64,000 nucleotides of DNA from an archaeon (GTDB taxonomy: Archaea > Nanobdellota > Nanobdellia > Woesearchaeales > UBA9642). The translations under genes were made by a program, and so were the position numbers. The notes under the pieces are model-generated. The model saw only the letters and a program-made list of their open reading frames with translations. It was not told the DNA's origin and did not search any database. Below are positions 28,268 to 37,142 of this stretch, in pieces; positions within the stretch are counted from its first letter, which is position 1, and every line of letters starts with the position of its first letter. The DNA is taken from NCBI GenBank assembly GCA_020057295.1, contig JAGVGF010000002.1:190276-254275 (forward strand), in the 5' to 3' direction.

Positions 28268-29613
28268 ATTATCTTAATATTTTTTGTTCTTCTACTAATA
28301 AATTCTTGTTTGCATAAATCTTGTAAAAATATTTTTGGATCGACATACTTTCTTGGCATTACAGCATATATTCTGTTTCCTTTGATGCATGTTTTATGTT
28401 TCAATTCGGTATGTTTTTTCAAAAATTTTTCATAATCTATTTTTGCGCTTATTGGTGGACCTTCTTGTTCAACTTCTTTACTCATGTTTTTATCGACTAT
28501 AAAATACATTTCAGCAAATCTTTTGTCAAAGATGAAATTCCAGTTACTAGCTAAAACCTTAAAATCATTTAACTGCATTTGTTCAATTAATGTTTCATAA
28601 ACTTTTAAAACTTTTGTACCTACAACGTCTTTACTGCCATCGAGAGTTTCGATATTTGCCTGTACTATGTTTATTTGAGAAATTGTTTTTGAATAGTTTA
28701 CTTTAACGTTTTTTGTTTTTTCTGAAATATCTTTTTTTATTTCAAATTTTTTTATTTCAAAAAAATCTTTAGAAGGTTTTTCTAAAAATCTTTTCGCAGC
28801 ATCAATAAATATTATTAGTTTTTCCCTACTTAAAGCTGCAGCACTATTACGTTCAGTTTGTATGGGATCAATAATTATTAATGGTGAAATTTTACTTTGA
28901 TTTAAATCTTTCAATGGATTTTTTTGATGTTTTTCTGGATCAATGATTATTGGTTTGTTAACACTAATATCTTCATATTTACTAAATGCCTTTAATAGGT
29001 TGATAAATGATCCGTAGTATATTATTAGTATGTCTAGTATGTGTCCACTAAATCCATTAACATAACTTTCTGCACCATAAACTCCATTAGTTTTGCAAAA
29101 TTGTTTAGCTAATCTTATCTCGTCCGTGAGTTTTGAGTTTTTATCTGTATACTTTTTAACCCATGTCACATGTTCTGGACTCAGATCTGTGATATTTAGT
29201 GCTTCGTTATGATTTTGTGCATGCACTAATATAACTGGTATTACTTCAAAATTTAATATTTTGTTTTTCTTTTTTTGTTCAAACTGAAAATAATCTCTAC
29301 TACCGTGTATTCTGTCCAATTTTTTGACTTTTAATTCTTTACACAAAATTTTCAATATTTTTTCAGTTAATTCAGAAATATCATATTCTATATACGATTG
29401 ATTATATCTTACAAATAAATCTATATCATAATCATTTTTTAAGAATGTTCCTTTAGCTATACTTCCACCTTTAACACATTCAGCTACTAACTTAGATTTT
29501 TTAAGTAATTTATTTATTCTATCTACAACGCTATCTACATCTACTAGTATGCTATTATCTGGTCTAATTTTGTCTTTTACAGATTCTAAAATTTTGACGT
29601 ATTTATCCACCAT
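28264..29613 (-). CDS. cca: CCA-adding enzyme (archaeal class I tRNA nucleotidyltransferase)
   Basis: N-terminal 'GGSIAKGTFLKNDYDIDLFVRY' nucleotidyltransferase motif (GS...D.D); ~450 aa; 4-nt overlap with the PAP2 gene. Confidence 0.75.
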   Translation of the reverse strand: MVDKYVKILESVKDKIRPDNSILVDVDSVVDRINKLLKKSKLVAECVKGGSIAKGTFLKNDYDIDLFVRYNQSYIEYDISELTEKILKILCKELKVKKLDRIHGSRDYFQFEQKKKNKILNFEVIPVILVHAQNHNEALNITDLSPEHVTWVKKYTDKNSKLTDEIRLAKQFCKTNGVYGAESYVNGFSGHILDILIIYYGSFINLLKAFSKYEDISVNKPIIIDPEKHQKNPLKDLNQSKISPLIIIDPIQTERNSAAALSREKLIIFIDAAKRFLEKPSKDFFEIKKFEIKKDISEKTKNVKVNYSKTISQINIVQANIETLDGSKDVVGTKVLKVYETLIEQMQLNDFKVLASNWNFIFDKRFAEMYFIVDKNMSKEVEQEGPPISAKIDYEKFLKKHTELKHKTCIKGNRIYAVMPRKYVDPKIFLQDLCKQEFISRRTKNIKII

Positions 29614-29700
29614 GGCATATTTTAGTATGATGTGTTTTAAAATTTTCCCACTTTTAACGTAAACTTAATAAATCTTGATTACGATTATTGCGTTAAAGAG

Positions 29701-30906
29701 GTGTTTATGCTACTGGAACAATTAATCTATATAGCAGTTATAGTCCTTATTGGCACTGTAATTCTATTGCTTCGTAGAAAAGCAGAAGGCAGCAGATCAG
29801 GATATAAATTAGCATTAATACTATTAGGATTATTATTAGGTTTATCTACTATTGGTAATAGTCCTGTTTTTTCATTCGATAAATATTTTTTAAAAAGTTT
29901 TAGTGTATTCTTGCTAATAGTTTTATTGTTTGAATTAAGCATCAGATTAAATTCTGAAAACATTAAAATAACTCCTAAGAATATTAAACTATTTTTTAGT
30001 ATGTTATTAATAAATATAATATTTTTAAGTTTATTCACAGCGCTCATATTAAAAATAAATTTTCTTAACGGAATATTATTTGCACTCATAATGTCGTCTA
30101 TAGAATATTTTTTAGTTGATCAATTAAAAGAAGAAGGAGATTTAGCAAATCCGTTAATAATATTTTTTGGATTTAGCATAATGGTTTTTTACAGTTTGCA
30201 AGGATTAATGTTTGACAATGTTTTATATTTCTTAAAATATCTCTTAATAGGTTTGGGAACTGGTGTAATTATTGGTATATTAGTTTTCAAGAGCATGAAA
30301 AATAATTATATAGATCAAGTACACGAACTAGGTCTTGTTGCCGTTGCTGTAAGCACTTACATTATTACAGAACAATTAGCTGGTTCAGGACTTTTTGCTG
30401 TAATGATATTGGGTGTATTTTTCGGAAACAGTTATGTCAGAAAAACATCTTCACTATACAGTTTTTCACCTTTTATATTCAAAAGTTTAGAAATGTTAAT
30501 ATATTTAATGATAGGATTTGTTGTGGCTTTAAATTTTAATGACGGAATATTGTGGAAAGCTCTAGCTATATTTGCATTATATATACTTTTACGATTACTA
30601 ATTATACATTACAATTATAAGCATCATTCTATGCAAAATAAGTTGTTATTAACATTTGCACCTAAGGGAATGATTGTTGGTGTGATGATTCTTGTACTTG
30701 GAGTGTATGTTACTGTTGAAGATGTTCTAATACATGCTATGCTGCTTGTACTAATTTATAGTTTAATAGCAGGAATATGCATAGAATATTTAGAACATAA
30801 AAAATTATTACGGCTAGATAAGTTATTCAATATTCTAATTAATATACGATTTGGACGTAAGAGAGATCTTCCAAACAAGAAAAGGTTTCATACATACTAC
30901 AAATAA
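29701..30906 (+). CDS. polytopic membrane transporter-like protein (possibly CPA-type cation/proton antiporter)
   Basis: 401 aa, ~11 TM; 'IITEQLAGSGLFAVMILGVFFGN' resembles an NhaP-type segment; weak. Confidence 0.3.
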   Translation: MFMLLEQLIYIAVIVLIGTVILLLRRKAEGSRSGYKLALILLGLLLGLSTIGNSPVFSFDKYFLKSFSVFLLIVLLFELSIRLNSENIKITPKNIKLFFSMLLINIIFLSLFTALILKINFLNGILFALIMSSIEYFLVDQLKEEGDLANPLIIFFGFSIMVFYSLQGLMFDNVLYFLKYLLIGLGTGVIIGILVFKSMKNNYIDQVHELGLVAVAVSTYIITEQLAGSGLFAVMILGVFFGNSYVRKTSSLYSFSPFIFKSLEMLIYLMIGFVVALNFNDGILWKALAIFALYILLRLLIIHYNYKHHSMQNKLLLTFAPKGMIVGVMILVLGVYVTVEDVLIHAMLLVLIYSLIAGICIEYLEHKKLLRLDKLFNILINIRFGRKRDLPNKKRFHTYYK

Positions 30907-31009
30907 ACTCTAAAACGGAAACTTAAGTTATAGATTGCCAGGAAATATGCTTCTAGCGAGGATACGGTTTATAAATACCTTTATAAATTGCCTGGCATTT
31001 CTCGTGTAT

Positions 31010-31399
31010 ATGATTAGAATTATACTTGATACGAATTTTTTGATGATTCCATCACAATTCAAAGTTGACATATTTTCAGAATTCAAAAGATTAATGACTG
31101 AGCAATCTTCCTTATATGTTTTAGAAGCTTCAATAGACGAGTTAACAACAATCTCTTTAGGTAAAACTAAAGATAATGTACATGCAAAAGTGGCTCTTAA
31201 GCTTATAAAACAAAAAAACTTAAAAACCCTTCCAAATTCCACTAATGAAAAGTATGCTGATAATCTTATCTTAGAGGGTGTTACAAATAAGGATATAGTC
31301 TGTACGCAAGACCAAGCCTTAAAAAGACTCCTTAAAAATAAGCATAAAGGTATACGCTTGATAACTTTAAAATCAAAAAAATATCTCGATTTCGAGTGA
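31010..31399 (+). CDS. PIN-domain (Fcf1-like) nuclease
   Basis: 'MIRIILDTNFLM' N-terminal acidic PIN motif plus later 'TQDQALKRL'; sits in the conserved archaeal position upstream of rpoE; the antisense ORF 30928..31404 is rejected. Confidence 0.5.
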   Translation: MIRIILDTNFLMIPSQFKVDIFSEFKRLMTEQSSLYVLEASIDELTTISLGKTKDNVHAKVALKLIKQKNLKTLPNSTNEKYADNLILEGVTNKDIVCTQDQALKRLLKNKHKGIRLITLKSKKYLDFE

Positions 31400-31408
31400 G
31401 GCAAAAAA

Positions 31409-31981
31409 ATGTACTATAAAACAAAAGTTAAGGATTACGTCAGATTACCACCATCATCTTTTAGCGAAGATTTGGAATTATCACTCACTCAAGAAATAAA
31501 AAAGAAATATAGTGGTTTTATAAGTCAAGAGTTAGGATTTGTTATTGATGTAACTGGTGTAGATACAGTAGGTCAAGGAATAATATTACCTGGTGATGGT
31601 TCAGCACATTACAATGTAGAATTTACATTATTAACTTTTAAACCAGAAATGCAAGAGATAGTTTTAGGAAAAATAACTAACGTTGCAGATTTCGGTGCAT
31701 TCATCAACATAGGACCAGTTGAAGGCATGATTCATATAAGTCAGACTATGAATGACTTTGTATCATTTGGTAAAGATGGCGTTTTAAGTGGTAAGAACAG
31801 TAAACGAGCATTAAAAGCTGGCGATATATGTCGAGCAAAAATAATCGCTGTATCATACAAGGATTTAACAAACCCGAAAATAGGTTTAACAATGAGACAG
31901 ATAGGACTTGGCAAGGAAGACTGGGTAGATGAACCAGCAGAAGCTGCTAAAGAGTCTAAAGAAGAGAAGAAGGCTAAATAA
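31409..31981 (+). CDS. rpoE: DNA-directed RNA polymerase subunit E' (Rpo7)
   Basis: Rpb7-like N-domain followed by an S1 domain; conserved neighbourhood with spt4, S24e and S27ae. Confidence 0.85.
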   Translation: MYYKTKVKDYVRLPPSSFSEDLELSLTQEIKKKYSGFISQELGFVIDVTGVDTVGQGIILPGDGSAHYNVEFTLLTFKPEMQEIVLGKITNVADFGAFINIGPVEGMIHISQTMNDFVSFGKDGVLSGKNSKRALKAGDICRAKIIAVSYKDLTNPKIGLTMRQIGLGKEDWVDEPAEAAKESKEEKKAK

Positions 31982-31992
31982 TTGAGGTTCAA

Positions 31993-32178
31993 ATGAAAAA
32001 AAAGGTATGCAAGAAATGTAAAATCTTTGTTGATGGTGAAACTTGTCCATTATGTAAGAAGAATAATTTCTCTAACAATTGGCAAGGTAGAATAAATTTC
32101 ATTGATGTACAAAATAGTACGATTGCTAAAAAGATTAATGTTGAAGTCAAAGGCGAATACGCTATTAAGGTAAAGTGA
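31993..32178 (+). CDS. spt4: transcription elongation factor Spt4 / RNA polymerase subunit E''
   Basis: Zn-ribbon 'CKKC...CPLC' then 'W.GRI..ID...S.IAK'; immediately downstream of rpoE. Confidence 0.75.
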   Translation: MKKKVCKKCKIFVDGETCPLCKKNNFSNNWQGRINFIDVQNSTIAKKINVEVKGEYAIKVK

Positions 32179-32185
32179 GGTTAAA

Positions 32186-32551
32186 ATGGATGTTGAAGTA
32201 TTAAAAAAGAATAATGAACCATTGATGCATCGATCATATTTCGAGGCAAAGATAGTTTTTGAAGGTAAAACTCCTTCAAGACCAGAGTTAATGAAAGATT
32301 TATGTCATAAATTATCATCAAAAGAAAATATGACTATAATTAGGAAGATTAATACAGATTATGGTTCTGAAAGAGCTTTACTAAACGGTTATGTTTATGA
32401 TGACGAAACTGTAATGAATAAATTAGAAACAAAATTTGTTAAATTAAGACATTTAGCAAAAGCTGAACAGAAAGCAGAGAAAGAAAAATTCAAAGCAGCA
32501 AAACAAGCAGCAGCTGCAGCAGCAGCTCCAGCAAAGGGCAAGAAAAAGTAA
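32186..32551 (+). CDS. rps24e: 30S ribosomal protein S24e
   Basis: S24e core pattern with a Lys/Ala-rich C-terminal tail; conserved gene order. Confidence 0.85.
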   Translation: MDVEVLKKNNEPLMHRSYFEAKIVFEGKTPSRPELMKDLCHKLSSKENMTIIRKINTDYGSERALLNGYVYDDETVMNKLETKFVKLRHLAKAEQKAEKEKFKAAKQAAAAAAAPAKGKKK

Positions 32552-32598
32552 CTCAAAAATTGAGTTGCAATTAAAATAATAATCAAAGGTGAATAATA

Positions 32599-32805
32599 AT
32601 GGCAGCAAAACCAGCAGCAAAAGGTGGAGAAAAGAAAGGCGGACCAGTAAAGAAAGGTAAACAGTATCATATGTATAAGGTCTACGAAGTAACAGGCAAT
32701 TCAGTAAAGAGAAAAAATAAGACTTGCCCAAAATGTTCTGTATTAATGGCAAACCACAAGGACAGATGGACATGTGGCAAATGCGGATACATGGAAAAGA
32801 AATAA
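32599..32805 (+). CDS. rps27ae: 30S ribosomal protein S27ae
   Basis: Basic N-terminus plus C4 zinc finger 'CPKC...CGKC'. Confidence 0.85.
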   Translation: MAAKPAAKGGEKKGGPVKKGKQYHMYKVYEVTGNSVKRKNKTCPKCSVLMANHKDRWTCGKCGYMEKK

Positions 32806-32924
32806 TTTCTTTTATTTTATTCTTAATTCTTTTAGAAAACAAAAATTCTTAATATGTTTTTATTACTCTTTAGTGATTAAATAATAGAAAAATTTATAAA
32901 TCTGTTATTTTCTTATATCATTAT

Positions 32925-33359
32925 ATGGAATCTCACTTATTTTATCTTCCACAAAAAGTTGATGAACAACAAGTCTCTAGATTAGCTTTAGGACCGTTGA
33001 TGCCTTCTGAATATCGTAGAACTTTTCCCGTATTTGTAAATAGTCCAGAACTAGGAACAAAAACTGGAACAGTAGGATTTATGGATTTCATAGATCGAAG
33101 AGTAACTTTACCTCAATCTATAAGCAATCGAGGCATTGTTGATGTAATCAGTGTTATGACTGTCGGAATAGAACCAGGATATCAAGGCAAAGAATATTTT
33201 CGTGTAATGCATGATGAACTAGTACGATTAGCGTTAGAAGAACATAAAGACGGTTTAATGTTTGTAAGTCTAGGAAATAAAGACTTAAAACGTAAACTTA
33301 TAGTAAAATATGACTATGTTCCATTATCAGAAAAAGAAGTTGTAAAAATGTTAAAGTAG
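32925..33359 (+). CDS. hypothetical protein
   Basis: 144-aa ORF; possible weak GNAT-like segment, not assignable. Confidence 0.35.
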   Translation: MESHLFYLPQKVDEQQVSRLALGPLMPSEYRRTFPVFVNSPELGTKTGTVGFMDFIDRRVTLPQSISNRGIVDVISVMTVGIEPGYQGKEYFRVMHDELVRLALEEHKDGLMFVSLGNKDLKRKLIVKYDYVPLSEKEVVKMLK

Positions 33360-33384
33360 AATTCTAATGTGATGCTGTTTTTTA

Positions 33385-34065
33385 TTAGTTTGTTTTTCTT
33401 TTAAGCTCAAAAGCGTAAAATACTCTATTCTCATCTACTTTATTTTCACCTATTAACTTTACTTTAAATCCTGCTTTTTCAGCTTTCCGCTTCATTTCTT
33501 CTACAGCTCCAAATTTAGCCTGGCTAATATATATTCTTCCATTTTTCTTTAAATGATTATGTACTTGCTCAAAAAATGTGTTTTGCACATTCAAATTATC
33601 ATCCCAAACAGTTCGTTCGGCATAATCTGAAACTGAATGTGGTGTAAATGGAGGGTTCATTGTTATAACATCAAATTTTTCTTCAGGTTTTATTGCACTA
33701 AACATGTCGGAAAGTCTTACTTCTATGACTGAGTCAAACTGGTGTGTTTTTACATTTTCTTTGGCGCTCTTAACAGCATTTGGACTGATATCTATTGCTA
33801 AAACTTTCTTTGCTCCCTTTATAGCTGAAAATATAGCAATCACGCCAGAACCTGTACAGAGATCCAAAACATCATCACCAAGATTTATTTTATAATTCTT
33901 CACAATTGCCTTGCTGTCTTCGTGTGGCCAGAAAACATTTGGATAAACAACAAATTTTTCTCCTAAATACTCTACAATTGTTCCTTTTCTAGGAGAATTT
34001 CTAAATTTATCTTGCATTTGCTTCTGAATTTCATAAATTTTTTTCATACTCTTTTTGTCAAGCAT
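33385..34065 (-). CDS. HemK/Mtq2-like N5-glutamine (protein) methyltransferase
   Basis: SAM motif I 'VLDLCTGSGVIA' and catalytic 'NPPF' motif; ~220 aa. Confidence 0.6.
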   Translation of the reverse strand: MLDKKSMKKIYEIQKQMQDKFRNSPRKGTIVEYLGEKFVVYPNVFWPHEDSKAIVKNYKINLGDDVLDLCTGSGVIAIFSAIKGAKKVLAIDISPNAVKSAKENVKTHQFDSVIEVRLSDMFSAIKPEEKFDVITMNPPFTPHSVSDYAERTVWDDNLNVQNTFFEQVHNHLKKNGRIYISQAKFGAVEEMKRKAEKAGFKVKLIGENKVDENRVFYAFELKRKTN

Positions 34066-34125
34066 AATTTAACCTAGAACTCATTATTTATAATTTTTTC
34101 CATAGCTCTGCCTGATTATAAAAAT

Positions 34126-34168
34126 TTTGCCTTCACTTTGATCGTTGGGGGTGATGAGTGAAGGCAAA
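34126..34168. other. 12-bp perfect inverted repeat (TTTGCCTTCACT...AGTGAAGGCAAA) with 19-nt loop
   Basis: Read directly from the sequence; lies between the ftsZ stop and the methyltransferase start. Confidence 0.4.
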
Positions 34169-34274
34169 GAATTACATCCATAACGGATCGTGAAAACAAC
34201 TCAGCGTGATGCTAGATTCTTTGCAAACTATGTGATTATAATAATAAAGATAAAAAAAATAAAAGTGTAAGAGT

Positions 34275-35330
34275 TTATCTTACAATTTCTATGCCTAATT
34301 CATCAGACATTCTTTGTCTGTTAGCCTTGGCTTGTTTTGGTGAGACCTTACCCATGATGTATGGACTCTTAACACCAGTAATGATTGTCATTACTGTTAA
34401 TTTGCCCTTCATGGACTCGGAGACTCTTGCTCCCCATATTACGTTTGCGTCTTCATCCATTGACTCAGTTACTAACTCGCCAACTCTGCTGATTTCGTCC
34501 AAAGTCATATCATTTCCACCACTAATGTGAATGATTGCTCCTGTAGCTCCTTCGTAGCTAATCTCTAATAATGGATTGCTTAATGCTCCCTTAACAGCTT
34601 CTTCTACTCTGTTGTTAGTATCTGATGCACCAACACCAATAGCTGCTACTCCACCATCAGTCATTATTGCCTTTACATCTGCATAGTCTAAGTTGACTAA
34701 GGATGGTATTGCAATTGTTTCTACGATTCCTTTAATCATTGTTGCTACTAATTCGTTTGCTACAGCGAATGCTTGTTGTACTGGTAAGTTACCAGCAATT
34801 TGTACTAGTCTGTTGTTATCAATTACTATTACTGTATCTGATACTTGTCGTAATTGTTGTAGGCCAAATTCTGCTTTGTCTACTCTTGCTCTCTCAATCT
34901 TGAATGGCATAGTTACTGTTCCAATAACTATAGCACCCATATCCTTAGCTGTTTGTGCGATTACTGGTGCTGCTCCAGTTCCAGTACCGCCGCCCATACC
35001 AGCACATATAAAGACCATGTCTGAACCTTTCAGTGCTTCCTTGATCTCTTGAATACTTTCTTGTGCTGCCTCAGTTCCTCTTTCCGGGAATCCACCACAT
35101 CCTAATCCTCTAGTAACGTCCTTTCCTAATAAGAATTTTCTATCAGCTTCCATTAAATTCAGGTGTTGCTGATCTGTGTTACAGGCAATTATTTCTGCTC
35201 CTTTAATGCCTTTCTTGTATAGCCAGTTAACCATATTGTTACCAGCACCGCCAGCACCAATAACTTTTATGTTGGCTTGGCCAACTTCTACTCCATCATA
35301 TCCATTTGCGTTTGTTTTCACGAAGTCCAT
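34275..35330 (-). CDS. ftsZ: cell division GTPase FtsZ
   Basis: Tubulin signature 'GGGTGTG', N-terminal 'GAGGAGNN'. Confidence 0.9.
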   Translation of the reverse strand: MDFVKTNANGYDGVEVGQANIKVIGAGGAGNNMVNWLYKKGIKGAEIIACNTDQQHLNLMEADRKFLLGKDVTRGLGCGGFPERGTEAAQESIQEIKEALKGSDMVFICAGMGGGTGTGAAPVIAQTAKDMGAIVIGTVTMPFKIERARVDKAEFGLQQLRQVSDTVIVIDNNRLVQIAGNLPVQQAFAVANELVATMIKGIVETIAIPSLVNLDYADVKAIMTDGGVAAIGVGASDTNNRVEEAVKGALSNPLLEISYEGATGAIIHISGGNDMTLDEISRVGELVTESMDEDANVIWGARVSESMKGKLTVMTIITGVKSPYIMGKVSPKQAKANRQRMSDELGIEIVR

Positions 35331-35724
35331 GTTCTCTAATCCCCCAGGTCGGGCCCTGTCTTTTTTTATAATTGATTAATCATCTTGCAATATGTATTTT
35401 GCAAAATATAGCTTTGACTATGAAAATCTTTATATACTATGCTGTACTAACTATCCTTAGAATAAGTTTTTATCTCGCCAAAGATAAACTTTCGTTATCG
35501 CGCTTTTCGCCAAAAAAGTACGATATCAGTTTTGTTTTTCGTATACTAGTGTTTTAAGTTTTCGCCAAAAAACTTTAATTGATTCTTTTAATCATTAAAC
35601 TAATATATAAAGCTTTCTGTTGTTTAAACTATTGATTAGTAAATATCTTTTGTAATTTATATTCTAGAAAACATCTTTCAGAGTGATGTTCGTGCTTATT
35701 TGATATTTTTTCGTTTCAGAATTT

Positions 35725-36258
35725 TTATTTTTCTAATAATATTTCTTTCTTACCCGGATATAAATTCATTGCAGCCATTTGTTGATATTGTATTTCTGTA
35801 AGCACAAGATGTGTTATTGTGAATGCATATTTTTCTTTTATTTTTACAATTATTTCTCTAATAAAACTATTATCAATGCTTTCTCCTATAACTAATAAGC
35901 TTGCCTTATCTTTTTCTTCACGACCATAAAGTATGATTGTTTTGATTCCTTCAATCTTATTAGCTTGATCAACGAATTCATCTATTATGGTTTTCTTTTC
36001 TTCAAATATTGTTTCTAGATATTTTGTTTTCTCATTATTTGTAAGTTGATATATCTTTAGATGTTTTATTTTAGTACGTTCAATTATTTCTAATTCCATT
36101 AATTTTTGCAACAATCTATGTGTTGTAGCTAATGATACTTTTGTTTGCTTTGCAATCTCTTGAAGGTACAATTGTTGGTCCTTTTTCTTAAGGAACAACT
36201 TTAGAACAGACAGCATTTTCTTGTCAAACAGGTTTTCAAGTAATTTCTGATTCTCCAT
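35725..36258 (-). CDS. winged-helix transcriptional regulator-like protein
   Basis: N-terminal wHTH-like segment ('LKLFLKKKDQQLYLQEIAKQTKVSLATTHRLLQKLMELEII'); start at internal Met preferred; C-terminal domain unassigned. Confidence 0.4.
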   Translation of the reverse strand: MENQKLLENLFDKKMLSVLKLFLKKKDQQLYLQEIAKQTKVSLATTHRLLQKLMELEIIERTKIKHLKIYQLTNNEKTKYLETIFEEKKTIIDEFVDQANKIEGIKTIILYGREEKDKASLLVIGESIDNSFIREIIVKIKEKYAFTITHLVLTEIQYQQMAAMNLYPGKKEILLEK

Positions 36259-36432
36259 AATATGCTGTTTATAGACTCCTATATAAACTTTTCCATTTAT
36301 GAAAACATCTTTCAAAAATGATTTTTATTTATTTGTGTTTTGAGAATAATTTGTGCTCAAATAAAATTTATTTCTATATTTGTAATGTTTTTGCAACGGT
36401 TTGTGCTTCCTAGAAATTAGTTTTATACTAAC

Positions 36433-37104
36433 CTACCTTACGTGCCTTACATCCCTATATGACATGTCCATATCTTTTGTTCTTTGTATATCTCTTTCCT
36501 TTAAAGTTGTTTTTCTTAATAATGAACCTGTTTTAAGATCAATTTTTTGCAGTAATGCCTCTTCCATTCGTAACAATGTTTCTTCTCTTCCCAATATATC
36601 GCTTAGTATCTTGATATTTTCTTTATTGTTAACTATCTCTTCATCTGTTTTTTCCATAAGATCTATCTGCTTCTGCCATATAGGTTCTATTGATTTTAGC
36701 AATCTCATAAGCTCATTCAAGTCATTAATCGTTTCTTGTTCCAATTGTCCAAGTTCTGATGACTCCTCATTTTTAATAAGTTCTTTCAAAATATCTATTC
36801 CTTTCAGACAAGATTTTTGTTCCTTATCATTATCTAATTCATCTGCATCGAACATTCCTTCAAGTTTTTCAATCTCAACCCGTACTGTTTTGAATGATTC
36901 TTTGCTTGGTTTTTTTAGAAACTCGTAATAGCTTTTAATCTTAGAATTATGATTAAGTATTATATTCTGGAATGATTTGATTACTTCATCCAAGTCTTCA
37001 TCAAGGCCCTTAAGCTTATCAACACTTTCACGATAGTACTTTCCAGCATCCTTTTTCTTCTTTAATCCAAAAAATCCTTGATAAATGTGCTCATTAATTC
37101 TCAT
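36433..37104 (-). CDS. hypothetical coiled-coil protein
   Basis: 223 aa, acidic and helical. Confidence 0.35.
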   Translation of the reverse strand: MRINEHIYQGFFGLKKKKDAGKYYRESVDKLKGLDEDLDEVIKSFQNIILNHNSKIKSYYEFLKKPSKESFKTVRVEIEKLEGMFDADELDNDKEQKSCLKGIDILKELIKNEESSELGQLEQETINDLNELMRLLKSIEPIWQKQIDLMEKTDEEIVNNKENIKILSDILGREETLLRMEEALLQKIDLKTGSLLRKTTLKERDIQRTKDMDMSYRDVRHVR

Positions 37105-37142
37105 AATATTAAAGAAATGAACTTACATATATATTTATTGAT

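Noticed and set aside
30928-31404. Minus-strand ORF 30928..31404 antisense to the PIN-domain gene
   Set aside because: The plus-strand frame has recognisable PIN-domain motifs and sits in the conserved position upstream of rpoE/spt4/S24e/S27ae. The antisense frame is low-complexity.
32395-32842. Minus-strand ORFs 32395..32670 and 32453..32842 opposite S24e and S27ae
   Set aside because: Cys/Phe/Leu-rich low-complexity translations antisense to well-supported ribosomal protein genes.
34147-34250. Possible C/D-box sRNA (GTGATGA ... TGATGC) between ftsZ and the methyltransferase gene
   Set aside because: The spacing between the putative C and C' boxes is far too long, and no CUGA D/D' boxes sit at the right positions. 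The GTGATG more likely reflects the GGGGGTGATG SD-like element used throughout this genome.
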